From: a virus
Length of the DNA: 64,000 nucleotides
Virus record (IMG/VR): IMGVR_UViG_3300032229_000533
Location: 1-64,000 of that record
Reading direction: 5' to 3' (one strand)
Positions 29,842-39,800 of the stretch are shown one piece after another (positions within the stretch are counted from its first letter, which is position 1; every line of letters begins with the position of its first letter). Made by a program: the position numbers and the translations under genes. A model generated the notes under the pieces. The model saw nothing but the letters and a program-made list of their open reading frames with translations, made no database searches and was not told the DNA's origin.

Positions 29842-30846
29842 TTAATTTTTGTTTGTTATGTTTCTTTTTTCTTTTCTTGTTAATTTCATAAATGGTTTGA
29901 GGAAGTTGACCCAAGCTTCGTCATTCTTGGGTAGATACTTAAAGAGACCGTCTTCCATCATCATTCTCATTAAGTTTTTGTATCCCCTATCTGTAGGGTC
30001 TATCGTATCCGTTAATATCTGTTCTACCAATTCTTTTCCATCATCCGTAATTAAAGGGTTACCAAGGTCTACTATTGTTTTATTAGTAATGTAAAACTGT
30101 TCTCCAAATATAGTTGATTTTGTCTTACCTTCCAAAAGATTTACCAATGTTTTTATAGGTTTCTTTTGCGGGATGTTTCGTGCATAATCCAAGATTTCGT
30201 CAATAGTGCATGGTTTCTCCTGCACCTGAGGGAAATACTTGATTAATGTTTTCTCTCCAAGCCCTTCAATACCACTGATATTATCTGACTTGTCACCTGT
30301 AAAAATTTTAGTTAATAAAACATTATAATGAGGGATATCAACTTTGTTAATGGTTATCATATCCCCATTCTTATAATATTGTTTTGATATTGGTGAGTAA
30401 ATGGTTACTCTCTCCGAAATAAGTTGAGTAAGGTCTTTGTCCGCTGAAAAGATAATAATATTCTCGTCTTTAGATATCTTACAATAATAAGCAATAAGGT
30501 CATCAGCCTCGTTACTAACCATCTCAACCTGACGAACAAAGATTTCTTCCAAGTATTGTTTAACTCGTGACTTTTGATACAAATACGACTCGTACTTGTA
30601 CTCATTCATATCTTGTCGTCTGTTTGCCTTATATGGTGGGTATATAGACTTTCTGATAGATGAATTTGAATCCCCATCCCAAAATACAACAACTTTATCA
30701 TGGTTGTGCTCTTCAAGGAATTTGCGGAGTATGTTCACAAAGTGAAATACTCCACCCACATGAGCTCCGTCGTTATACACGTCTTTTGCTCCGTGGAATC
30801 CTATCTTAAATAAATTATCTCCGTCTACTAATAATGTTTTAATCAC
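29842..30846 (-). CDS. 5'-3' exonuclease / flap endonuclease (T4 RNase H / PolA N-domain-like)
   Basis: LLVDGDNL, VFWDG, YKANR, EADDLIA, SADKDLTQL, GDKSDNISGIEGLGEKT. Confidence 0.93.
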   Translation of the reverse strand: MIKTLLVDGDNLFKIGFHGAKDVYNDGAHVGGVFHFVNILRKFLEEHNHDKVVVFWDGDSNSSIRKSIYPPYKANRRQDMNEYKYESYLYQKSRVKQYLEEIFVRQVEMVSNEADDLIAYYCKISKDENIIIFSADKDLTQLISERVTIYSPISKQYYKNGDMITINKVDIPHYNVLLTKIFTGDKSDNISGIEGLGEKTLIKYFPQVQEKPCTIDEILDYARNIPQKKPIKTLVNLLEGKTKSTIFGEQFYITNKTIVDLGNPLITDDGKELVEQILTDTIDPTDRGYKNLMRMMMEDGLFKYLPKNDEAWVNFLKPFMKLTRKEKRNITNKN

Positions 30847-30875
30847 TTTTGTGATTTAAATGGTGGAACAATATA

Positions 30876-31880
30876 CTAATCCTCTTTCTCTTCTTTTAAA
30901 TCAAAATCTAAAGATGTAACTCCAAGAATATCTTTCCAATAGTCAGCATATTCTTTTTTGTAGTTTTCAATAGATGCCTTTTCTTCCGAAGCTTCTTTTC
31001 CTGCTAAGAAACCGTGTGGTGTCACAATAATCTTTCCGTCTTCATAACCCAATCCATTGATGTGGTTTTTCATAACAGAAACTTTTGTTCTAATTGCAAA
31101 CTTAACACTTCTCTTGTCTTTTGTTGCGGTAATCTTGTTTGTTCCCGCTCCTTTTTGGTTACCAAATAAGAACACCAAAGATGAGTTTAACCAAATCGCC
31201 TCACCACCTTTTGCTTTGATTTTTGGTTGACCGAATGGATTGTCAGGTAATTCAACCCAAGGTTGGTTAACAATAACCAATGTGTTTTCGTATTTTGAAT
31301 CTGCTTTACGAGAACCTGAAATACGTTGATTGATACCCATACCAATCTTGTCCGCTAACGTAGATGCGTTGTGTTGTTTACCACCCTTACCTTCGTAAGT
31401 CATCTTACAAGGAACTGAACCAACAGAATCCCACAAGAACAATAGACTATAGTCCAACTCACCTTTTTCTTGTGCGTCCAACAAACTATTGATGTAGTCT
31501 GTGATTTGCTCAATGTAGTCAAAGTCGTTATTGAAGATGTAGAAACCATCCCAATCAACTTCACCTGTTGCTTCGTCAACAACTTCCTCACATTCAAAAC
31601 CCATAAGTTTTGCGTGTTCAAAAGACCACTTTTGTTCTGTGATGATGAATACAGGTAGAATACCTTTCTTCTGAGCATCAACGGCAGTTTTAACCAACGC
31701 TGTAGTTTTTCCTGTATCTGAGTGACCCAAGAACATATTCAAATGTCCGATAGCGGGACCAGGTAATCCAACCGCATCTAAGAAGTCTTGTCCTAAGTCA
31801 AAAAATCTTTGGGGTTTGTATTTTGCAGAAGTTGAGAATTTCTTCTTAACTGAACTGAAATCGTTTTTCTTTATTGCCAT
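30876..31880 (-). CDS. recA: RecA/UvsX-like recombinase
   Basis: Walker A GHSDTGKTT, LWDSVGS, IVNQPW and KGGEAI motifs. Confidence 0.88.
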   Translation of the reverse strand: MAIKKNDFSSVKKKFSTSAKYKPQRFFDLGQDFLDAVGLPGPAIGHLNMFLGHSDTGKTTALVKTAVDAQKKGILPVFIITEQKWSFEHAKLMGFECEEVVDEATGEVDWDGFYIFNNDFDYIEQITDYINSLLDAQEKGELDYSLLFLWDSVGSVPCKMTYEGKGGKQHNASTLADKIGMGINQRISGSRKADSKYENTLVIVNQPWVELPDNPFGQPKIKAKGGEAIWLNSSLVFLFGNQKGAGTNKITATKDKRSVKFAIRTKVSVMKNHINGLGYEDGKIIVTPHGFLAGKEASEEKASIENYKKEYADYWKDILGVTSLDFDLKEEKED

Positions 31881-31896
31881 GTGTTGTATAAATTAA

Positions 31897-31932
31897 ATCA
31901 TGCATGGTACCATATAAGATACCATACATGAT
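31897..31932 (-). terminator. 13-bp hairpin between ssb and recA (terminator or processing site)
   Basis: The single mismatch on + becomes a G-U pair on the minus-strand RNA; followed by TTAATTT. Confidence 0.6.
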
Positions 31933-31945
31933 GTGTTTTGTTTAA

Positions 31946-32806
31946 TTAGAAAGGTAAGTCTGTGTCAACCTCATCATTTGCTTGAGGGTCAACGATAGGT
32001 GCTTTTGTTTCAGCCTTTTTAGCGCCACCCATTGATGTTGTAGATTCGGTATCGTTACCGTATACATAACCACCTTTATCACTATCCCATTTTGGAGTTT
32101 CTCCACGAGCAATTGCTTCAAGATAGTCAACAGGTTTTTTAGAATATACGTCCAACCAAGTCAACTCGTCATTAATCCAAGAATCTCCTTGAACTTTTTC
32201 TTCGTGTATTGGTGTTGGGTCGTCATACATAATTGTAGACACACTTGTGTATTCTTTACCTGCAGGTGTTTTAGATTTTGTTAATTCAATAATAAGGTCA
32301 CGACCTTTCTCAGGGTCAGTGATATCACCTTTGTTTCTCCAAATTGGAATGATTTTATCCAAGATACCATCGTTCTTGTAATTGTGTTTAAATCTCCAAA
32401 ATTTTGGACCGTCTTCTTCTCTGTCTCTGTCAATAACTTTAACGATATAGAATTTACGAGACTTGTATTGTTTCGCCAATTCTTTATCAGATTCTTTACC
32501 TGTTGACATCAATTCTTCATAAACCTCATTTAAAGGAGAACGTTCGTTGTCATTCTTTCCTGGGTCATAGAATTTTTGCCATTGTCCACCTACTTGGATT
32601 TCGTGATACCAAGCTTCTTTGAATGGTGAACTACCATCTTGTGTTGGGAGGATACGTACTCTACGTTGTCCCGATTTCTCTTTATCACTAAGGATTAAAG
32701 CGAAATACTTTTTCATTCTCTCGTCTTGCGACATTTTACTTTGGGCCCCGCCCCCTTGTTGTGCTTTTTCGTACTGTGCCAATACGGCGTCTAATGAACT
32801 CATCAT
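31946..32806 (-). CDS. gp32-like single-stranded DNA-binding protein
   Basis: VRILP...PFKEAWYH...KSRKFYIVKVIDRD...GRDLIIE pattern with an acidic C-tail; first gene of the replication operon. Confidence 0.8.
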   Translation of the reverse strand: MMSSLDAVLAQYEKAQQGGGAQSKMSQDERMKKYFALILSDKEKSGQRRVRILPTQDGSSPFKEAWYHEIQVGGQWQKFYDPGKNDNERSPLNEVYEELMSTGKESDKELAKQYKSRKFYIVKVIDRDREEDGPKFWRFKHNYKNDGILDKIIPIWRNKGDITDPEKGRDLIIELTKSKTPAGKEYTSVSTIMYDDPTPIHEEKVQGDSWINDELTWLDVYSKKPVDYLEAIARGETPKWDSDKGGYVYGNDTESTTSMGGAKKAETKAPIVDPQANDEVDTDLPF

Positions 32807-32839
32807 GTTTTCTAAATTTTAAATTGTTAAGTTGTTATG

Positions 32840-32871
32840 CAAATATAGTCTAGTTTTCTGGTTTTGTCAAA
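32840..32871 (-). promoter_or_regulatory. Bacteroidota-type sigma-A promoter (TTTG-N20-TATATTTG)
   Basis: Minus strand reads TTTG acaaaaccagaaaactagac TATATTTG, matching the -33 TTTG / -7 TAnnTTTG consensus; it also reads as TTGACA-N17-TATATT. Confidence 0.75.
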
Positions 32872-32872
32872 T

Positions 32873-32898
32873 AAAAAAGCCACCTTTTGGGTGGCTTT
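32873..32898 (-). terminator. Intrinsic terminator insulating the replication operon
   Basis: AAAGCCACC-CAAAA-GGTGGCTTT-TTT on the minus strand. Confidence 0.8.
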
Positions 32899-32918
32899 CA
32901 TTAGTGTCTCAATTAGTA

Positions 32919-33599
32919 TTATTTATATTGAAATTCATCTTTGAACCCATTTCCTTGAAAGGAACTTTTGATGTCATTAACATTAATGTCTGTTACATCT
33001 TCAGGAGTTAAAACATAATCATTTTTTCCTGTTTTTTCCATTTCTTCTTGTTTGTCGTCAAAAAATTGTGAAAGTTTTTGGTTGAATGGGTATGAATCAT
33101 AACTTCTTAACTCTAATTTTTCTTGAGGTGTCTTTTCTCTGTATTTCTCAATTTTGTTTTCAAGAGCGTTAAGTTTATTCATAATTGCATCCATCTCACC
33201 TAATCTTGATTCCAATTTATTTAATTGACCAAATAAGTTTTCAAAATAATCGTCTTGTTTAGATTGAATGTCTTTTTGCGCGGTAACTAATTCTGTAATG
33301 TCTAATTCTTCTGAATCAGATGATTCGTCTTTCTTTTCATCAGATTTACCTTCGTCATCAATTTTTTCAACATCTGGGTCATTTTCAACGTCAATTGGTT
33401 CTGAACCAGTTGGTGCTGCTGGAGGTGGTGGAGGAGTTGCCCCTGCTTCTGCTGGAGGTGGTGGAGGAGTTGCTCCTTCTTCAGGCGCCAACGCTCCTAA
33501 ATCAGGTGGTAGTCCTGCCTCAGCATCTTGTTCCATAATATAGTTATTGATACTTCTGTATCTATTAATTTCACTTAATATTTTTTTATCTAAACCCAT
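32919..33599 (-). CDS. Acidic Pro-rich / coiled-coil protein, possible head scaffold or core, 226 aa
   Basis: N-terminal ILSE/IME motifs, PPPPP tracts, an acidic linker and a heptad region. Confidence 0.5.
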   Translation of the reverse strand: MGLDKKILSEINRYRSINNYIMEQDAEAGLPPDLGALAPEEGATPPPPPAEAGATPPPPPAAPTGSEPIDVENDPDVEKIDDEGKSDEKKDESSDSEELDITELVTAQKDIQSKQDDYFENLFGQLNKLESRLGEMDAIMNKLNALENKIEKYREKTPQEKLELRSYDSYPFNQKLSQFFDDKQEEMEKTGKNDYVLTPEDVTDINVNDIKSSFQGNGFKDEFQYK

Positions 33600-33603
33600 A
33601 ATA

Positions 33604-33828
33604 TTATCCGTTTAATAATTGTTTTATACCGTTAGCAGTTTCAACTCTAACTTTTCTGTTGGCAGTTGTTTGGTGACCAGCTCTTTCAATAAGACCGTCT
33701 CTTTCTCTTACAGTATAACAATCTCCTGTATCTAAGTCACAAACTTGTTTAGTTCCGTCACCGTTATCTTCTTGGGAGAATCTTGTTGATTTACCAAGAT
33801 AATTGTCTAATGCTGATTTAATATCCAT
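33604..33828 (-). CDS. Small hypothetical protein with CxxxxGxC, 74 aa
   Basis: ORF track; TATTTAT 14 nt upstream. Confidence 0.65.
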   Translation of the reverse strand: MDIKSALDNYLGKSTRFSQEDNGDGTKQVCDLDTGDCYTVRERDGLIERAGHQTTANRKVRVETANGIKQLLNG

Positions 33829-33842
33829 AATAATGTTTCTAT

Positions 33843-33849
33843 ATAAATA
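33843..33849 (-). promoter_or_regulatory. Putative late promoter TATTTAT
   Basis: Upstream of ATG 33828. Confidence 0.55.
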
Positions 33850-33859
33850 TACGATTAGT

Positions 33860-36800
33860 TTATAAAGTGAATGGAGGTCCAGTTACTGTTTGTACTAATA
33901 CCTGACCACCAACAGGAGATTTAAATCCATAAGGACGGTATTTAACCACCAATCTAAATTCACCTTTACCTTTTATATTATAAACAAAAGTGTAATTAGT
34001 ACTTGCACCTCCTCTACCTTCAACTGCCGCTCTTTCACCTGTTGAATCTATGAAGTATCTATCGGCATAATCTTGGTCTTGAAAACCTGGCGCATTAAAT
34101 CTAAATGTTACGTACCCACTATTGTCAGGTTTTTGAATGTTAAAATATTCAAATCCATTTCCAGTTATGTTTGTATTTGTACCTTCAGATGTTATTGAAA
34201 GAGCAACCTCAGGGAATGTTGGTGTTGTTGAAGGTGTTGGTATAAAAGTGAAATTAAATGATTGTTGAACATTTTGTGGGTTCTTAGTTTTATCTGTTGG
34301 TACCGCAGTTAATTCAAATTTAATTTTAACAGTCTGACTAGAAGTAACAGGTGTTGTTTTAAATTCGTTAATTGGATTAGTAATTAACATACTTTGAACA
34401 TTATCGTATGTTATAGTAAACGTATTACTTGACACATAACTTGATGTCGTTGTTTCTATAGTTCTATTTAAAGTTTCTGTTTTAACATTATTAACCACGT
34501 TATTATCATAAACAGATATTATCATTTTAACATTTTGTTGTAATGTCCAAGTGTTAGTTGATGCCGCCTTAGGATTAACACCAACAGTTAAGGTTGATGT
34601 TGAACCGTTTGGATTGGATGTTGTATTTCCATCTAAAGTAACAGGACCTGTTTGTTGTGGTTGATTATTTGAATTACTTGGATTACTTGGTGTTGGGCTT
34701 ACTTGAGCGGGGTTATAAGTAAACCCACTTAAAGTTGTTCCATTACCGTAAGTTCCTCTAAGAACTATTGGGTTGGTTTGTGCAACAGTTGTATTACTAC
34801 GCGGAACAACAATTGCGATATTAAATGCACTATTAATAGTAATTCCTGTTGTTGTAGTTACATTATTTATTGTTACTCCCGTTACTTCGTCTAAGTTCTT
34901 ACCAACAATAGTTAAAATAGTACCACTCACACCCGTTAACGGTGAGAAAGATGTTATAGTTGGTGGAGGACATGGTGGTACAACAGTTGTAGTTGTATTT
35001 AAATTGTTTGGTAGTGGTGTTACTCCTGCATATGTATCGGCGATTTTTTTCTTTTGTAATTTTGTTTGATTTTTTAAGGTGGTTGTTGCCTCAACATTTA
35101 GTCCTGCCTCACCCGCAGATTTAAACGCTTGGTTAAACCTTGCTTCTAAAGTTTTAAATTCACTTATATGAGAATCAAAATATTCTTCTGTAACCCCAGC
35201 AACAGGCCAGTAACAAACATAATACTTAGTAATACCTAATCCTGTTGTTGCACCAAATACCCTACTCACATTTGCAGATAATTTAGATATCATAAAATCA
35301 AAGAATTTTCCAATAGTATCAAAATTTGCAACAGGTTGTGATGTGTCTTTACCTGTTAAATTTGGAATATTAACACAAGAGTATTTTTTAGGACTGAAGA
35401 ATCCACCACTCGCACCATAATCATTTGTCAAAGTAACATTGGCATAATTATTATTGAAATCATAAAATTTATTTTCATTAAATGTTTTAGCATAACATAT
35501 CATATAAATTAAAACTTGTAAGTCAGGGTTATTTGTTTTCTTTTCAAGTTCCCTAACAAACTCAACAGGTGTAAGACCATGTGTTGTCGCTGTTTGAACA
35601 TCACCCCAAGTACTATAAGCGGGTGCCAAATTACTGCTACAAGAATTTTGTGCCGCTGCGGTACTGTTACCTGTTTGACTTACATATTTAGCTTTATCAA
35701 TATTTGTGATTGCCTTACCTGAAACATCATCTTTTTTAGTTTTAATAATCGCTTCAATTTTACTTAATAAGTTTTGATTAATACTTTGTAAATAATTGTC
35801 TATTGACGGTAAATCGTATATACCTTGTCTTGTCCCTTTAAAAGTTGTTTGAAAACTTCCTTGTGTAATATTATGGTCTACTTCAGTTATAAAATACGGT
35901 CCATTAAACATTGGGACATGTCTAAGATTAAAATACATTGTTGGTTGCAATAAAGCATTACCTAAACAAACAACACTGCATTGATAGCTTCTTTGTTTGT
36001 ATAAATTATATAAACTAACGTTTTGTGTTGCAACATTTCTACCTGATGCTTGGTCAACCATGTTAAGTTGGGTTTGAACACTTTCAGAAGTTGCCCTTCC
36101 TCCATCCATTCCAACTTGCAACGAATAAAATATGTTTTGGTTTCTAATACCAACATCAACATTAAAACCAACACATTTATTTGAAACCGCATAATCTTTT
36201 TTACCTGCAGGGTCTTCAATTAGTGGGTTATCCGATGCTCTTCTTAATTCAAAAGCGTCGTCCCTAAATCTTGAATTTCCTTTTGGTAAGTCTAAGTGTG
36301 TTGATGGCTGACCTGCATAAAAACAAATCATTTTAGGTCCTGATTTTCTATAATCAACATCTAAAAATGTCCCCCACATGTTGTCAGCAAATTCTAATTT
36401 ACCTTCAGGTTGCGGTATCGTAGTACCATCCACATCTTGTATATTATAAAAATTAACATAAGCGGGTAACGGCATCACATTAAATTTATTTTTAATTAAT
36501 AAACCACTAATAAATGTGAATACACTCATTTCCATGTTAATAGAATTCTCACTGAGAATATTTTTTAAATCAAAAATGTCAATAATAATTGTATCACCAA
36601 TATTTCTTGAAGCCCTATCTAAAAACATAAAATCTTCAAATAAAGTTTTTGAAATATAATCTGACCCAGCAATCCACTTATCATTTAATCCTTTGAATAC
36701 TTCATAATTTTCAACCTTACTTTGTTGCCCGTCAATTGTACTTTTAATTACTCTTTCAGGTAATTGTTGTTGGTCGGGTAAATTATTTCTTACTTTTGTT

Positions 36801-39800
36801 AGAATTTGATTTAATATATTGTTTTGAAACTGAGAGGTTAATCCTAAATAAGTTTCAAGACTATTTTTAAAAACAGTTGGGCTTAAATTTGGATTAAACA
36901 ATTTTTGTGTGGCATACATTTTAATAATTGGTGCCAACAGTACTACATTATCAGAAGTAAATTCAATATTATTATCAATAAAAAAATCTGTAATATATGA
37001 ACCGTTATTATCATATATTAAATTTTCAATTGTTGAAAACCCGACTTCCGTTTCTAATGACAACCAAGCTTGTGGATATCTTGACTTAGACAATGCCAAA
37101 GTAATTGTATTAGTCCTTGACGGTAAACTATCTTTAATATATGGTGCAAAGTTAATTGGGTCTTGTATTGGATACTCTCCATTACCTTGAGTTAAATAAG
37201 ACGCCATAACCCTTCTATCATATTCTGCGGGATTACCGTATTTTAAAATCACATCATACTCTAAAAATGATTTTATAATGTTTGAAAATATTGTTAATTG
37301 TGATTCTCCAATAGTTTTAAAATATTCTCCAATTGTGACAGAGTCCCCTTTACCTTCAATTTCCATTAAATTTCTAAACAGGTATTGGAAATTTTTAAAT
37401 AATGCGTTTTGGTCAACAGGTGAAACACCGATAGGTACAAAAAGTTGTGGACCTAAATCAATATTGGCAACTGGTTTACAAAAATTTAAAAACTCTTGTT
37501 CAAATTTGTCTAAAATAGTTTTGTCAAAAACTGAAAATATTTCTTCAATTTTAGAATAATCCCCATCCATTAATAATTTAAATGGCGATTGTTGTTTTGT
37601 ACCAGTTTCTATTTTATTAACATAAGAATTTGGCTGCGGTTTTGATATTTCAGTATTTTTAAAATATCCATAATTTGGTGATGACCATAATAATCTAACA
37701 GACCCATTATATATTGACGGATTATCAATAAATGGACAAACAGGAATATTACCAACTAAACATTCATTTTTTACTTGATTTATCTGAGAACCAAAAGACG
37801 GTACTACATAATATTTTACCGCAGTTGTGTTGTTGTTTGGATTACATTCATTTGATAAATCTTCTACATTGTTAGGTAAAATAACAGACCATGTTTGAAT
37901 AGTTGAAAATACCGAACTTGAGGTTAACGGATACGTAATACTTTGAGCATTGATATTTGAATCTGTAAAATTATATACTTTAACTCCATTATCTATACTC
38001 GCCTGTATTTCTGTATCAGTGTAACCGCTGTATAAATCATATCCATTGTAAAAAACGTTAAAATCGTTAATTACTTTTGGGTAAAATCCTGTTTGAAGTT
38101 TAACAATATTACTTGCCGAGCTTTGTAATGTAATTTTATTAACACCATTAAATTTAAATGTATATGTTTTAGTATCTGAGCTGGTAATAGGGTCAAAATT
38201 TGTTTTATAGCTAAAATCTTTCCATGCAGAATCTAATATATCAAGATTACTATTAACGTAAGTTTTATATCTATACCACACAGAACCCATTTTTAATACC
38301 CAAGCATATGGCATTTTGTGAATTGCACCAAACTTCTTAAAACAAGACGCAATATAATCTAAGTCACTTGACGCACCATTTGTTTTGTATTTTTCTTTTA
38401 ATGATGCTAATGGTAAAGAATTAATAAATAGATACGCGGCTTGTGTGTATGGATACGGGTCTTTCCTTCTCCAATTGTTAACACCATTTTGAATTGCATT
38501 AACAAAATAAGGAGTGTTCAACATTGAAGTTGTTGTTTCAACCGATATGTTTTTACTTGGTGAAATATAATTAACATATCCTTCTGTAGGTATAAAATAC
38601 TTAGGGTCTTTTCTAATTAAATAAAACCCATCCAAACCAATTGAGGTTATTTGATTTACAGGATTAGAAACATTTAAATATGAAAAATTAGTAACGGGTC
38701 TATTTTTACTGTAATCATATACACTATTAAAATTTGAAATAACATCTCTATCTTCAAAAACAGTTAATACTCTATTTGTGTTATACACAGAATTTTTAGT
38801 ATTGTTAACACTATTCGCCATGTTTTTAGAAACCCATGTTGGGTCCGTGAATGGATAAGTGTCAATAATTAATGGGTCGTTAGTTACACTTTTGGTTAAC
38901 TGTAATAATCCATCTGAGTTTGTAGTTGTTTGAGGTTCTTTACCCAAATCAGTTAGACTTAAAATATTAAAAGAATTTTGAGTTAAATTTCTAATATATG
39001 GTGTAACAAAAAAATCTCTAAGGTAATCTTGATATGCTCTACCAGTACCTTGGTTTGATATGTTTGATAAAAAAGTTGGGTAGTTTTGTGCGGTAATATT
39101 ATAATTTTTAAGTTTTAACGTTAAAAATGGTGAACTTACCCCCAAACCTGTTACAATGTTATTTGTTTCGGCACTAACAATTAATTTTGTTAGTTGGTCT
39201 ATCTGATTGTTATTCGCTCTTATAAAACCAGAATAATTTGATGTTAAAAATTGTCTTTCCCATATTTCATAAAAGAACTTAATTTCTTCTTTATTTACAT
39301 AGGCAATACCTTCTGAAGGATATTCAATCGCATTTACATTAATAATGTTTGTAGTGTTTTGACTATCTATTGGAGGTTGAGTTATAGGTAGATTAAATTT
39401 TTGTGTTAACCCTTTCATGTATTCTTCAACAAATTCAACTTCAGGCCATTTGTCATAAAGATATCCTTTAGTTAAATTAACTACTGAAGGGTCGGCAATA
39501 TATTTTAATTGAAATCTACCTTTTTTATCTTCAGGTGTTTCAACAAAAAATTGAGGCCATGGGTATACTGGTATTTGTCCGTTAACTAACCCTTGGTTAT
39601 CACTTTGAGCCGCGTTAGTAATTTTAACATTACCTTCAGTATCTGTACCTTGGGCGGATGATGGGTTATCAAGTATTGCATTTTTTCTTACAGGGTCGTA
39701 TTTTACATTCCAAGCTTTAGTATGAACCTCATCAAGTAGACGAATGAATCCTTCTGCCGACGCCATAATTACCGCACAAATATTTCTAACCGTTGGCTTA

